A stretch of DNA of 64,000 nt from Eledone cirrhosa. Lineage: Eukaryota. Location of the stretch: assembly GCA_964016885.1 (NCBI GenBank), contig OZ024741.1, forward strand, positions 204,724,001 through 204,788,000, in the 5' to 3' direction. Each line of letters opens with the position of its first letter. Within the stretch, counting starts at the first letter, position 1. Below, piece by piece: positions 49,661 to 60,771 of this stretch. The notes below the pieces were generated by a model, which was not told the origin of the DNA, did no database searches, and was given only the letters and a program-made list of their open reading frames with translations. The position numbers and the translations under genes are program-made.

Positions 49661-52609
49661 GGAAACTCCAACGACCTTTGTGGTGCGTGCGTGTTATCCC
49701 CCCCCCCCTGAATTATAGATTCTCTTTGAAAAAAACGTAAGACAAATGTATATAGAAATAAGTAAGTTTTCAACAAGTCATATATGATACAGACTAGAAA
49801 AAATTAAACGTCATGGTTTCCCATCAATAAAAAAAGTTTCCAATATATCTTAAAATAGACATATCACTGCCCCTTCCTCAAAATCTGTCATGTAAAAACA
49901 ATATCACAGCAAAGTATAAAACATATATAGTGGTGTGCCGTGATAAAACAACATTACTAGCACTCGAAGCAAGCTATTTAATTTTACAGAGCTAAAAGAT
50001 ATTTTTTTTTTTTTTGTATAAAAAGAAATATAATAATTGTTTCTACTTTTGGCACAAGGCCAGCAATTACCCAGTGCATTACTGGTACTTTATTTTATCG
50101 ACCCCGTAAGGATGAAAGGCAAAAGAAATATAATAATACAATGCTTACAGAACGAAAGCACAAACAAATATAATATAAAGGAAAGGGAAAACATCATTAT
50201 TCCATTCTATTTTAAATGTAGAGGCGGCAAGTTGGCAAAATAATTATCAACGAGCCAAACAAGAGAACATTTAGGCGGTAGCTGGAACTCGTAGAAGAAA
50301 TAGAATTCAAATAATACATTAGCATCTTAAATAAAGAAGGATACAGTGGACAATGTAATCTCTGATAAGAAAAAGAAAAACGAGAGCTAGCCGGCAAAGG
50401 GTAACTGTAATATATACATGAGCTAAATAGGGAATCTATAGTCTGTCTTTCGACGTGCTACAGAAATAGCAGCTAAATCTTGCTCAAATATCGTTCTATC
50501 ACCATAAAAAATAGAACTCATTGGATAATGTACTTGTACATATATTATGTGTCTAAAAATGGGATAGGGACGGCTGGAACACCTTTGATCAACGTTGACC
50601 TGGAAATAACAACCATAATATCCATTGTAAAATTAAAAACAAAAAAGCCATCAAACTATACGAAAGTAACAATTACACATAATCCCATTAGTTATTTCTA
50701 TCCCAGAGAAATTAATTTCTTAATTAAAAGCCTAAATACAAAATTATGCAGCATCAGTATTAGTAGCATTATTTTTTTTTCCCTGTCATTTGGCGCAATA
50801 CTATGAAGAATATTGTCTACATAAATTCCTCCACAACTATCAGTCACAACAAAACTTAATTTTGTTATTTAATTTTTTGTTAATTGTTTCGGAATTCAGT
50901 TGAATTATTTAACTAAATTAAATCAATTGTTGCTTGTTTTATGTGTGAATTTGATTTTCTTTATAAATATATTTTAGTTTCTATTTTATATTTAAATGAA
51001 TAGTCATTTAGAAACAAAAAATAAAACTGACTCTGTTTTTATGGGGGTTTTTTTCAGATAAACTTCCTTAAATAGGACTTGAAAGTAGCTTGCTATAACT
51101 TAATTAATATGGAGCGGGAATCTTCGTACTGTTTACAAACATTAACTAAATATTTATTGAAAGGGGAATTAGGATGTATATTACCTTAATAAGATATATT
51201 TCTTTTAAATAATGGGTTGGCTTTTATTATTAAAATAATAAATATAAACCGTTTTAGTTTTTTTTTAGAAAAGGAAATGTGAAAATGTGAACATGTAGAT
51301 AGATAATTGCCTCGAACAAATGAGCGAGCCTCCATAGGGGATAAATTTATCATACCTGATCATATATAACTGTATAATCTATCAAGTTATTAAAAACAAT
51401 GTACATGTATAATATTCTAAAAATTACACTTTTTTTGCTGCGTGGGGGAGGGCATACATATATTACGCAACAATGAAATATTGATAAATTGTGGTAGTGT
51501 CGGTAAATTCATTATCATACTTTTTTTTTATTTGCAGAATAAATAGGTCGTTTGGTTATAGAAATTCACAAAATAAAATTAATATCAAATTTATTCTATA
51601 TATTCATTAAAAAAAATTTAATATATATTTTTTTAAATGCAGTTACAAAATAACACTTTTAAATTATGGAGTAATGCTGGATAATTTAAGAGATAATCCA
51701 ACATTTCGCGATAATCATTGACGATTCCCCAAATTCTTTTTACTATCTATTTTTTCCGATGTAGAATTTCTGCACTGGCGATATACAGTTTGATTGTTCT
51801 TCGTTATTCTTTTACGTCCAGATCGAAGGATGGTAGTTTTTGTCATTGAATTTCCTTTCCATTGTTATGAGATGCGACGCATTTACACTGCGCATAAATT
51901 AAAAAAAAAATTAAATGTTTAGGGATCTATTTACTCTGGCACGACGATTAATTTATTGATGTGTTGACTCGCGATGTAATTACCCGCAATGAATTTAAAG
52001 CGAACAAACTGTTATACATGCTATATACAGTTACTTAGTTTGTATTTTTACGTAGAAATAGAGATCAATTGTCAAATTCATCAAACCGAAGAAGCAAGTC
52101 ACAGAAGAGTTGAGAATCACTGCTTTGTGTGTGCTTGTGCTCGACCTGTGAGAAATAACAACCTAATTCTTTCAAATCGTGAAAAAAGGAAGGATTAGTT
52201 TTTCGATATACCTAGAAATTATTATCACAGCTTTCGACCATTCGGCTATCCAAGAAGGACTGCCCTGAGGGTAAAAAGCAACAGTGAAATGACTGTAAGT
52301 CATAAATATTTGTAAAATGGCTGAGAGAAAACGGGCTACAAGTAACCTGTAACTAATTACAATGAAGAGTATACACGTGACAGCTTAAAAGCGCACCAAC
52401 AATAAATAATTCGGTGTTACCTAACTACATTAAGAAGTACTACAAAAAATATAATTGTTTCTACTTTTGGCACAAGGCCAGCTATTACCCCAGAGTATTA
52501 CAAAAAATATAATAATATTAAATTACAATTACTTTAAACCAGTAAAATTTCATGCGTGATGAATTATTATTGCTTTATATATTCATATTTTACGCAACAC
52601 ATTTAAGTA

Positions 52610-52681
52610 TCCCATGTGGTCTAGTGGTTAGGATTCCTGGCTTTCACCCAGGCGGCCCGGGTTCGATTCCCGGCATGGGAA
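52610..52681 (+). tRNA. tRNA-Glu(TTC): tRNA-Glu, anticodon UUC
   Basis: 72 nt; acceptor TCCCATG/CATGGGA, anticodon arm CCTGG-CT TTC AC-CCAGG, T-loop GGTTCGATTCC; T5 terminator at ~52689. Confidence 0.97.
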
Positions 52682-53167
52682 CTTTATATTTTTACTTCAC
52701 GTCACAATTTTTTTTTATATATAAAAAATATGGTATTCATTATTCTTGTTAATTTGGAAACAAATGAGATATTTTCTGTTTATGCATGACTTTAATGAAA
52801 GCATAAGCAAAGAAAGATTTCGATAGCATGATATTGCTAGAAGTGGTGAGGACTTTATTTAACGTATAAAGAACTTTGTTTTTCTCACTGATAGTCGGGA
52901 GTTGATCCAATTATTAAAAAATGAATATATAATCCTTCCTTATTCACTATCAACTGTCATCTCTCTGAAACAAATGAAAAAAAGAAACACATTCAATATA
53001 AAACACCTACCTATCTCTCATTTTATCTTGACAAAGGACTAACATCGGAAACATTAAACTAATTATAGTTAAGATATACATCACTCTTGTAAATTAAACA
53101 CTAGGAAAGGTGGAGATATGCCACATTGCAGATCTGTTCAATCCATACCAGCATAGAAAAAAAATGA

Positions 53168-53669
53168 TCCGAATATAAGTCGACCCTTGGCAAAAAAAAA
53201 CAAAAACCGAGTATAAGTCGAGGCAGGCAATTAACATATTATGTTTAGATGATGTGGTTTTGAAATTCTCATGAGTGGAGACTATATTTATGAAGTTTTA
53301 ATATTTTCATATATAAAATCTAAGTGTCATTTACAGTATAGTTTTTGTTTAACATCTCCATTTTGTAATGATTTTTTTTAAACCAATTTTTGACCATTTT
53401 GAAGGCTATATTTATTCAAAACATATTTTAAAAATAATAAAAACAACAGGAAATACGAATTTCACGTCGAAAGTGAAACCATTGTAATATTCACCTTCAA
53501 AGTAAAACCAGTGTAATATTCACCCCCAAAGCATTTTAGCATCTTATTTGTGTAGGATTTTGAAGTTGGTGAAATTCGGCAAAATATTGACCTCGATTAT
53601 AAGACCCCATTTTAACATCGATTTTTTTTTTTGTCGCATATTTCGCGGCTTATATACGAGAATATACGG
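53168..53669. mobile_element. Tc1/mariner-superfamily non-autonomous element, left end truncated
   Basis: Repeated subterminal tataagtcga motifs; right end cttatatacgagaatatacgg|ta. Confidence 0.6.
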
Positions 53670-54071
53670 TAGATCTAAGCTAGTCACAATTCCGTCTTTT
53701 CTTATTATATTATCCAATATGTCCTCTATTGTATTTGTTTTTGTTTTTTTAGATGATAGAGCACACTTTGAGAGAAATTAAACTGATATTTCTAAAATGG
53801 TTGACCGGCCTCTTTGACGACACCAACATGTATAGGTTTTCTGAAAAAATGCAGGTATGTCAATTAGTTTGAAAGGAGCAATAGGTTTAAAATAAAATGT
53901 CCTCAAATAACCTACACACCCTGTACATATGAAGAAACACGTATATTGCCAAAATAAACTCACTTAAATATTATGTATATACGTCATTTTTATTCACAGT
54001 TGTATAAATAACATTACGAATTGTTAGCAATTTTTTTTTCTCAGAATGAAAACATAATAAATATAATTAAT

Positions 54072-54363
54072 TATTGCTAGGAACCTTCGTTTGAGACGTT
54101 TGGTGGGTGGAGTTGGGCTGCTGACAGCAAAGTTCTTATCATCATTGGTGGCTAACTTTACCTTAGCCTCGCCAACATCCGCGGTAATGCTGAGAGCGTG
54201 TTGGCTTGCCTCAAAAATTTCCGTCGACCCTTGTGATTTGCAGCCGATTTTCGCACTAGGAGGAGAATTGATGGTCGTTTTTGTTTTTGTTTCCCCCCAC
54301 TTTTTTTTCTCACACTTTTATCGTATATTTTAGTGCGTTGTACTTGTAAGGTTCCGAGCAATA
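54072..54363 (+). mobile_element. Second CRE-like 3' fragment bounded by 16-bp inverted repeats
   Basis: FETFGGW...LSLANIRGNAESVLACL; shares gagacgtttgg and cttgcctcaaaa with 49480-49660. Confidence 0.6.
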
Positions 54364-54845
54364 GTTACTTATATTTATTATGTGTGCTTATATTTTCATT
54401 ATGAAGAATTGTGAATAATTTGTAATGCTATTTATATATATTTAGGTATCAAAACAAGAAAAAATTGTCATCACACATTTCGCACATCATCTATGTTCTG
54501 GCTGTGGCTGGCTCCAATGATTATTCTAACCAGTCATGCATGTATCTATTACTGATCGAAAGTATATTATAATTACTACAACTACAGAAAATCAAAAAGG
54601 AGCCAATTGTCAGATCAAACCAAAGGAACCATGTTTCCATTGCTTGTACAACTCCGGGCAGAATTTCAACTCAGAATGCACAGAACCAAATCAGATACTG
54701 CAAAGTATCCTGTACAGCTCTTTAACAATTCCACCAGTCTATCAGCCCTAGACTGATGTTTTATTTATCGACACCAAAAGGACAAAAGTCAAAATTGGCC
54801 TCAGAATGCAGAGAGCCAGAACAAATTGCCAAGAATTAAATGTGT

Positions 54846-54952
54846 TAAACATTTGAATTAACAAATCTGTTTTTAGATATTTTCTGCTAAATCATTGCAG
54901 AGTGTCAAGAATTTAGCAGATCTAAAAACAGATTTGTTAATTCAAATGTTTA
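54846..54952. repeat. Inverted repeat with perfect 33-bp arms
   Basis: 54846-54878 is the exact reverse complement of 54920-54952; additional 10-bp inner stem. Confidence 0.92.
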
Positions 54953-55091
54953 TAGAATGTTTAATAGTGGACAGATTCTAGTGAAAATTTGCTGCAAACT
55001 AAAGTAAAGACTTTTCATCAAATCTTAGATGTACCAGACATTTAGGAATTATCCTGTGTAAAAGATATTTTAAAGAAAACAAATGAAGAAC

Positions 55092-55325
55092 ATCTATATA
55101 TAAATTTGAACGACTTCCGTCCGTATGATGATGTCACGCACTAGAGATGATTGAGGAACAAAAGGGTGATGACATCACGCACTAGGGATAACTGAGGAAG
55201 GGAGGGGTGATGGCGTGATACACTAGAGATGATTGATGAAGGAAGGGGTGATGACAAACTACAGAAAACAGCGTCTAACATTCACTACACTTTCTATATA
55301 TAAATTTGAGCGATTTCCATCTGTC
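55092..55325. repeat. ~41-bp tandem repeat (3 units) between two tctatatataaatttga repeats; possible Helitron remnant
   Basis: Unit gatgatgtcacgcactagagatgattgagg...; TCTATATATAAA resembles Helitron 5' ends. Confidence 0.5.
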
Positions 55326-56698
55326 ACACAATGTGTGTGTGTGTGTGTATTTGTGTTAATGTATGTGTGTGTAAAAGGAAGGAGTGGGATAGTGAAAAAA
55401 CTATAGCAAAACAGTGGCTGGCGCTCCATTTGCTACACTGTGTGTGAGTGTATGTGTTTGTGTGAATGTATGTCTGTGAGTATGTATTTTTGCGTGTCTG
55501 TGTTTGCGCATTTATATTTATATACTCATACATATAAATGTATGCATACACACATATACACATAGGTGTCAGCGTGTTGAAAAATTATAGTATTGAAAAC
55601 TACTGAATGTCTGTAAACTTAACATACAACTCATCCTTATAACAACAGAAAAGAACTTCATTTACAAGATGGATACCACCTATCCCATGAATATTACCTA
55701 TATTCAAGAGTTTGTTCCTGTGAGGAATCTAGTTGAGGCTCCTCTCCATCATACTTCCTGAACACAGCATGCATTTATTCATCTTCACTGCAGAATCTCC
55801 GTATCTTCCCCCAGAACTACCTTTAATTATGCCAACATTAACTCATAACATTGAACTTATCTCTTCACATACCATAAAAACTCAGTGTTTAAAGCTAGTT
55901 TCTAATGTTAACCCTCTTAATACAAAACTGCTTGAACCCACTCTTGATTCCATGATATGAAACCTTTCATTTTAAAGTGTTTATATTTATCTAAAAACTT
56001 GCTATCATAATTTTATGTAAGAAGTTAAGTTACTAGACCACCCGTGACCCGTTGGTTCACATTCACTTAAAAATAATTAAAATATACGCAGACATGTATA
56101 TATTGCAAAATGAAATTGGAAGGCCCATATATATGTGTGTGTGTGTATAATTTCATTCAACAACACCACTAGTTCTCTCTTCCATTTTCCTTCTGTCTCC
56201 TCTCTCTTTCTCTCTATGTCTCTATTTCAATCTACTCTCTCACAACCACTATCTCTTTCTCTCTCTCTCTATTTATGAAGGTACCCAGAAAACCCCAGTA
56301 TCAGGAACCAGTGCTCCGATTTACGTGAAACTTGTTTTATTCCATTTGTATTCCCATTTCAGGGGCAACTTCCTTTCAAAGTATTTTTCCATTCCATTAT
56401 GCACCATTCTGAGAGTATTAAATTACAGACAAGCACACAATCACAGAGTTTTAGTCGTATATAGATGTTCAAAACACCAATGAGAAAGCTTGCAGTTTTA
56501 TTTAATCCTTCTAAATTTTTGGTTAAATTGAAAATTATTTGAAATGCATTGGAAGTGCCTTTCATTAGAAATATGGTAATGAAAAGGTTAAGCAGGTCAG
56601 AAACAAATATCCTCTGAACAGGATGTTATCACCTTGATTTTTTTCCTCGTTGATATTTCTCTTTAATAGCTATAAGCTAACAGCCGAGCTGCAAGAAA

Positions 56699-56941
56699 CT
56701 ACAGTAATTTCAGCTCCTTGTAACTGGCTGATCCCATGCTACCTCCACTACTACAGTAACTTCAGTTCCTTGTAACTGGCTGATCCCATGCTACCTCTAC
56801 TATTACAGTAACTTCAGCTCCTTGTAACTGCCTGAACTCATGCCACCTCTATTACTACTACTATAACTCCAGCTCCTTGTAACTGGTTGATCTCATTCCA
56901 CCATACAGCTCCAAGAAGCGGAAGTTACTGTAGTAGTGGTA
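56699..56941. repeat. 52-bp minisatellite (about 4 units) with a terminal inverted partial copy
   Basis: Unit ctacagtaacttcagctccttgtaactggctgatcccatgctacctccacta; gaagttactgtagtagtggtag at the end is antisense to the unit junction. Confidence 0.88.
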
Positions 56942-58821
56942 GAAAAGCAAGAAGAGAAGACAGCATGTCACAGACCAGAGGTTTCAGTATGTGACTTCAT
57001 ACTAATCATTTCATGTGACATTGGAGAAATATGGTATAGGATGTCTATATGTGTAGCAGAAGCACTGACCCAGGTACTCCATTATGATTCTCATTTGAAC
57101 TAAGAATAAAATTTTACATGCCAAGGAGGGGTAATATATGATGATCATCATCATTTCACGTACGTATTCCATGCTGGAATGGGTTGGACAGGTTGTCATG
57201 GTCCGATGACCACGTCTTGTTCATACTTTGCTCTTCGTCCTTTCGAGGTCGATGGAAAAATAATGGTGTCGATTCTTCCTCTATATTTTTTCTTATTTCC
57301 TTTCCCTCACTCACTATTCTTCTCTGGAAGAAATCTGCTGTTTTCAGACCTGGAGAGGTAATGGGTTCCACCAGGTTTAAAATGTCCAAGAAATGCTGTA
57401 AGTCACTATGACGCCCGTACGTCTCCATCAGGAATTACGAATCCATCTATACAATATATATGTATACGCGTGTGTTATTATATATGTATATCTCTCGTCT
57501 ATGTTGCCGCGTGTTTACATGTGCGAGAATTTTAATCGTACCTGTCATCACATTATCCAACAGATGTTTAAGTATTCCTTCCCTGCGTTAAAAGCAACAG
57601 CATTACATTGTTCGATGTTGATATTCTCATATAGGAATAATTGTCAAATGTGACATTCATATCATTTGTAAGGGAATGCCTGGGATTCGGTATTTAAACG
57701 TAAATATATTTTTGGGAAAGGATATTTAAAAGATGAAAGAAATTTGCTATTGAATTATGCTGATGGGGGAAGGAGATTGATAGATAGTGGGAAAACCTCG
57801 TAGTCATTAGCAAGGGGATCTGTGATGACAAAAGTAGTAACGGTTAAAGGTGAAGGCTGAAGTGATTGCAGTTGACATTGTAACTATGTCCATATTTGAT
57901 GTAATGGTTATAATGACTAGTAATTACAACGGTGTAGGTGGTGATGCTGATAGAAATTGTTATAAAGCTCCGTGGCAGCTCTGATAGAGTAGACGGTTGA
58001 ATTGGGAATGTTTGAGTAGTGATAGTAGTAGTGCTGGCTATGGCTGTTGCTTTAAGTAAATGTTAATTATCGTAGGTGTTATCAGCTTCACTTAATCAAA
58101 CCTAGAACGTCGTGGCAGTTGTCGATCACAACTTTATTGTAGATGCAAATTGCAAATCTTGCACGAATACATCGAACTTCGCCGATCCGACATTAATTGT
58201 GGTGGCAATTAATATACGGTGAGATTTTTTCAGAGGGGGTGATATTTTCAGATTTCGGTATTTCTGTCTTGCCGCATACTACTACCGAACACCAATTTTA
58301 ATGCTCTCATCGACATGGACTAACATCTATCTGCCTCTTCAAATTCTAGTAATTATATAAGACGGTACTGCATATGCCACCATTGTTATTAGAAAGGTTG
58401 AGGGAGGAGGGGATGGTGCAGCATGGCCGAGTGTCGGACTACAATGTAGTGCAATATCTGTGTAAGATGATGCCAATGTGAAAACTTTAAAGGAGCAAAA
58501 GTTAGTACCATCTGCATTGAAATATGTGTAGTTTGTTAACTTTCTGTTCTGAATGAAAAATTCCTGCTGGGAACGACAATGTTTTTCATCACTTTGACTA
58601 GCAAGATACGAAGTCTTGCAATCGACATTGTACCTCTTGTAAAAAAATTCGGTATAATAGATGAGGTTGGGGTGGCAGTATGTGCGCGCGCGTGTATTAG
58701 AATGTGTGTACGAAATAGAAACTACTAGATAAGAATATAATAGGAAGGTGTCAACATTATGTATTGTAAGTCAGATACTTATATGATACGTATATGTATT
58801 ATGAATGTATTTATGTATAAA

Positions 58822-58877
58822 AATAATAATGATAATGAAATTATTGTGTACGGTGCTCAGGTGCACTAACTACAACT
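58822..58877 (-). mobile_element. Isolated CR1 3' terminus
   Basis: Reverse complement of the 23198-23251 motif. Confidence 0.75.
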
Positions 58878-58914
58878 ATGTATGTATAATAATAATAACA
58901 ATGAAATGGACGAT

Positions 58915-59110
58915 GTGTTAAATTTTCATTACATTTATTGAGGTCTGACACGCGTTTCGCGATTGATCAGCTTCTGTTATGGTTATTACCATAACAGATG
59001 TCCGACGAGCTTTTGATTCCAGAGTCGGACCCGATCGATACAGATCGAACCTTGAGCTGATCAATCGCGAAACGCGCGTCGCACCTCTAAATGTAATGAA
59101 AATTTAACAC
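58915..59110. repeat. Fold-back element: ~56-bp inverted arms enclosing three hairpins
   Basis: Arms 58915-58972 and 59055-59110 contain perfect 23-bp and 22-bp blocks. Inner stems of 11, 7 and 5 bp. Confidence 0.92.
58996..59086 (+). ncRNA. Candidate type I hammerhead ribozyme with variant core
   Basis: Stem I AGAUGU/GCACCU (5 of 6 pairs), core CCGACGA, G-C-closed stem II, then GAAA-C-GCGC-GUC with predicted cleavage after 59080. Confidence 0.5.
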
Positions 59111-59119
59111 GCTTTCCAG

Positions 59120-59252
59120 TAGTTACGGTCTGAGATCAAATCCCGCCGAGGTTAACTTTGCCTTTCATCCTTACGGGGTCGATAAAATAAAGTACCAGTA
59201 ATGTACTGAGTAATTGCTGGCCTTGTGCCAAAAGTAGAAACAATTATTATTA
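59120..59252 (+). mobile_element. SINE family A, 5'-truncated
   Basis: Core and tail match 38756-38941. Confidence 0.85.
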
Positions 59253-59964
59253 CACTCTGCTTAGTACAACACTAAAATTCCTAGTGGAGACTGCGTATCG
59301 AATGCTCACTTTGGTGAACATACAGTAACTTGACGTTACAATCTCTCTTTCTCTCTCTCTCTTAATATATATAAATATATATATGTGTGTGTGTGAGTGT
59401 ATTTAAAACAAAAGAAGGACGGACTGGAAATATCCCTTTAAAGTTTTAATGTTGCAAAAAAAAACATACATATTTCAATGACCAAGTTACACCATTCGAT
59501 CATGACGCAAGACCTTGGCGACATTGTCAGGCGTGGATTGTACAATTAGTTAATCAATAAAAGGAATTATGGTAAACACAAACAGAGAATATACTTGCAC
59601 CAGAGATGACTCACAAAATTCTGTGTTATTGTTGAGGCGAACCATCTCTGAATATCACACTCGTCAATGCTGAGCATTGTGGGTTTGGTATGCGCGACCG
59701 GGTGGTGGGACAGAAATTCTGCTGTTCATAGATAATGTCATGCTGTTAATAAAAACCAAATGGTCAGCTGCTAATTGAAAGTAAAATAAAAAATTAAAAA
59801 ATTAAATTAACAGTCTGCAACAGCATTGGGGTACTTTTGAATTTTTTCCACCAACCATTTATTGACCAGGCCCTAAACACACCTGAAATTGACAGAGCTT
59901 GCTGCAAAGTTCATATCCTAATTTTTTATGAGCACGAGTCACCAGATACCCATACAAATACTAT

Positions 59965-60720
59965 ATCAAAGTAGTACCATGCAGCATAACAGTTCAAACA
60001 CATCTCATACAATCTGCACTTTATTCTTAGAGAGAAGCCTTTTGTTGCCAATAGAGGTAACAGCTACCTTAACTTCTTACACCCTATTCCCTCTTTAATT
60101 ATAATATTTTTAGTACATCTGCTTCTATTGCTAAAGAAGTCACCTAGATAGCAAAAGCTACCTGATACTTCTAGTGAGCCTTCTGGGCATTTAATAGAGT
60201 TTATTTTGCAATTGCAAGTACCCTTACTGTTGATTTGCTCCTGTGCACCTGTCACATATAAGAGCCTACCTCTCTGACAGCCTCCTTCTGGGGGCATATT
60301 GAGCACAGCCATTTCCCTAATAATAACAGTTGCTAGGTATATTTTAAATCACTTTTATTCCTGATTTTGCTTTCCAGCCTGGAACTTCTCTAGTTCTACC
60401 ATTTCAGCTATGAATGCTAGATCATCAGTATACAGAAGCTCTCAACGAAAACCAGTCATGAATTCCTTTGTTATGGCCTTGAGGACTATAATAAACAGGG
60501 AGGGGCTGAGGACTGAGTTTTAGTGAATTCTCAACTTGCACGCTAAATTCAGTATGAACTCATTGACAACTCTCATCTTGTTGGTTGTGCATCTATACAT
60601 GCCCTCACAAGCCATTTCTCTATCCTTAATCCAGACTACAGAGCATGGGATTCTATCAAAGGCCTTTTCAAAGTTGACAAATGGGATTATTTGTAGCTAA
60701 ACACTTCTTTTATATTTCAT
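59965..60720 (-). mobile_element. RTE LINE, 3' part of the host of the Penelope-like insertion
   Basis: FEKAFDRIP, VLSPSLFIIVL, ELLYTDDLA and GSLEVSGSFCYLGD on the minus strand. Confidence 0.8.
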
Positions 60721-60771
60721 TTCTGAATTTGTTTAGCAAGATTCTTTATCTGAAAACGTGTGTTGAAACCG

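Noticed and set aside
52552-52752. 66-aa ORF
   Set aside because: It is a translation through the tRNA-Glu gene.
53778-53790. Short match to U2 snRNA (TATCAGTTTAAT on minus)
   Set aside because: Only about 12 nt; the U2 5' stem, branch-pairing sequence and Sm site are absent.
54075-54360. RNase P/MRP-like RNA or a host exon with an NLS-like peptide (PTKRLKRR on minus)
   Set aside because: Conserved RNase P regions were not found, and the plus strand is better explained as a CRE-like retroelement remnant.
56699-56941. CRISPR-like periodicity
   Set aside because: Whole units repeat without spacers and there are no cas-like ORFs.
40700-57400. A second protein-coding host gene
   Set aside because: The short ORFs are TE-derived or low-complexity, and I could not assemble a phase-consistent exon chain on either strand.
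58938-59054. A second hammerhead on the minus strand of the fold-back element
   Set aside because: GAAAC-GCGU-GUC is present, but the matching core reads CCGACUC and stem I does not pair in register.
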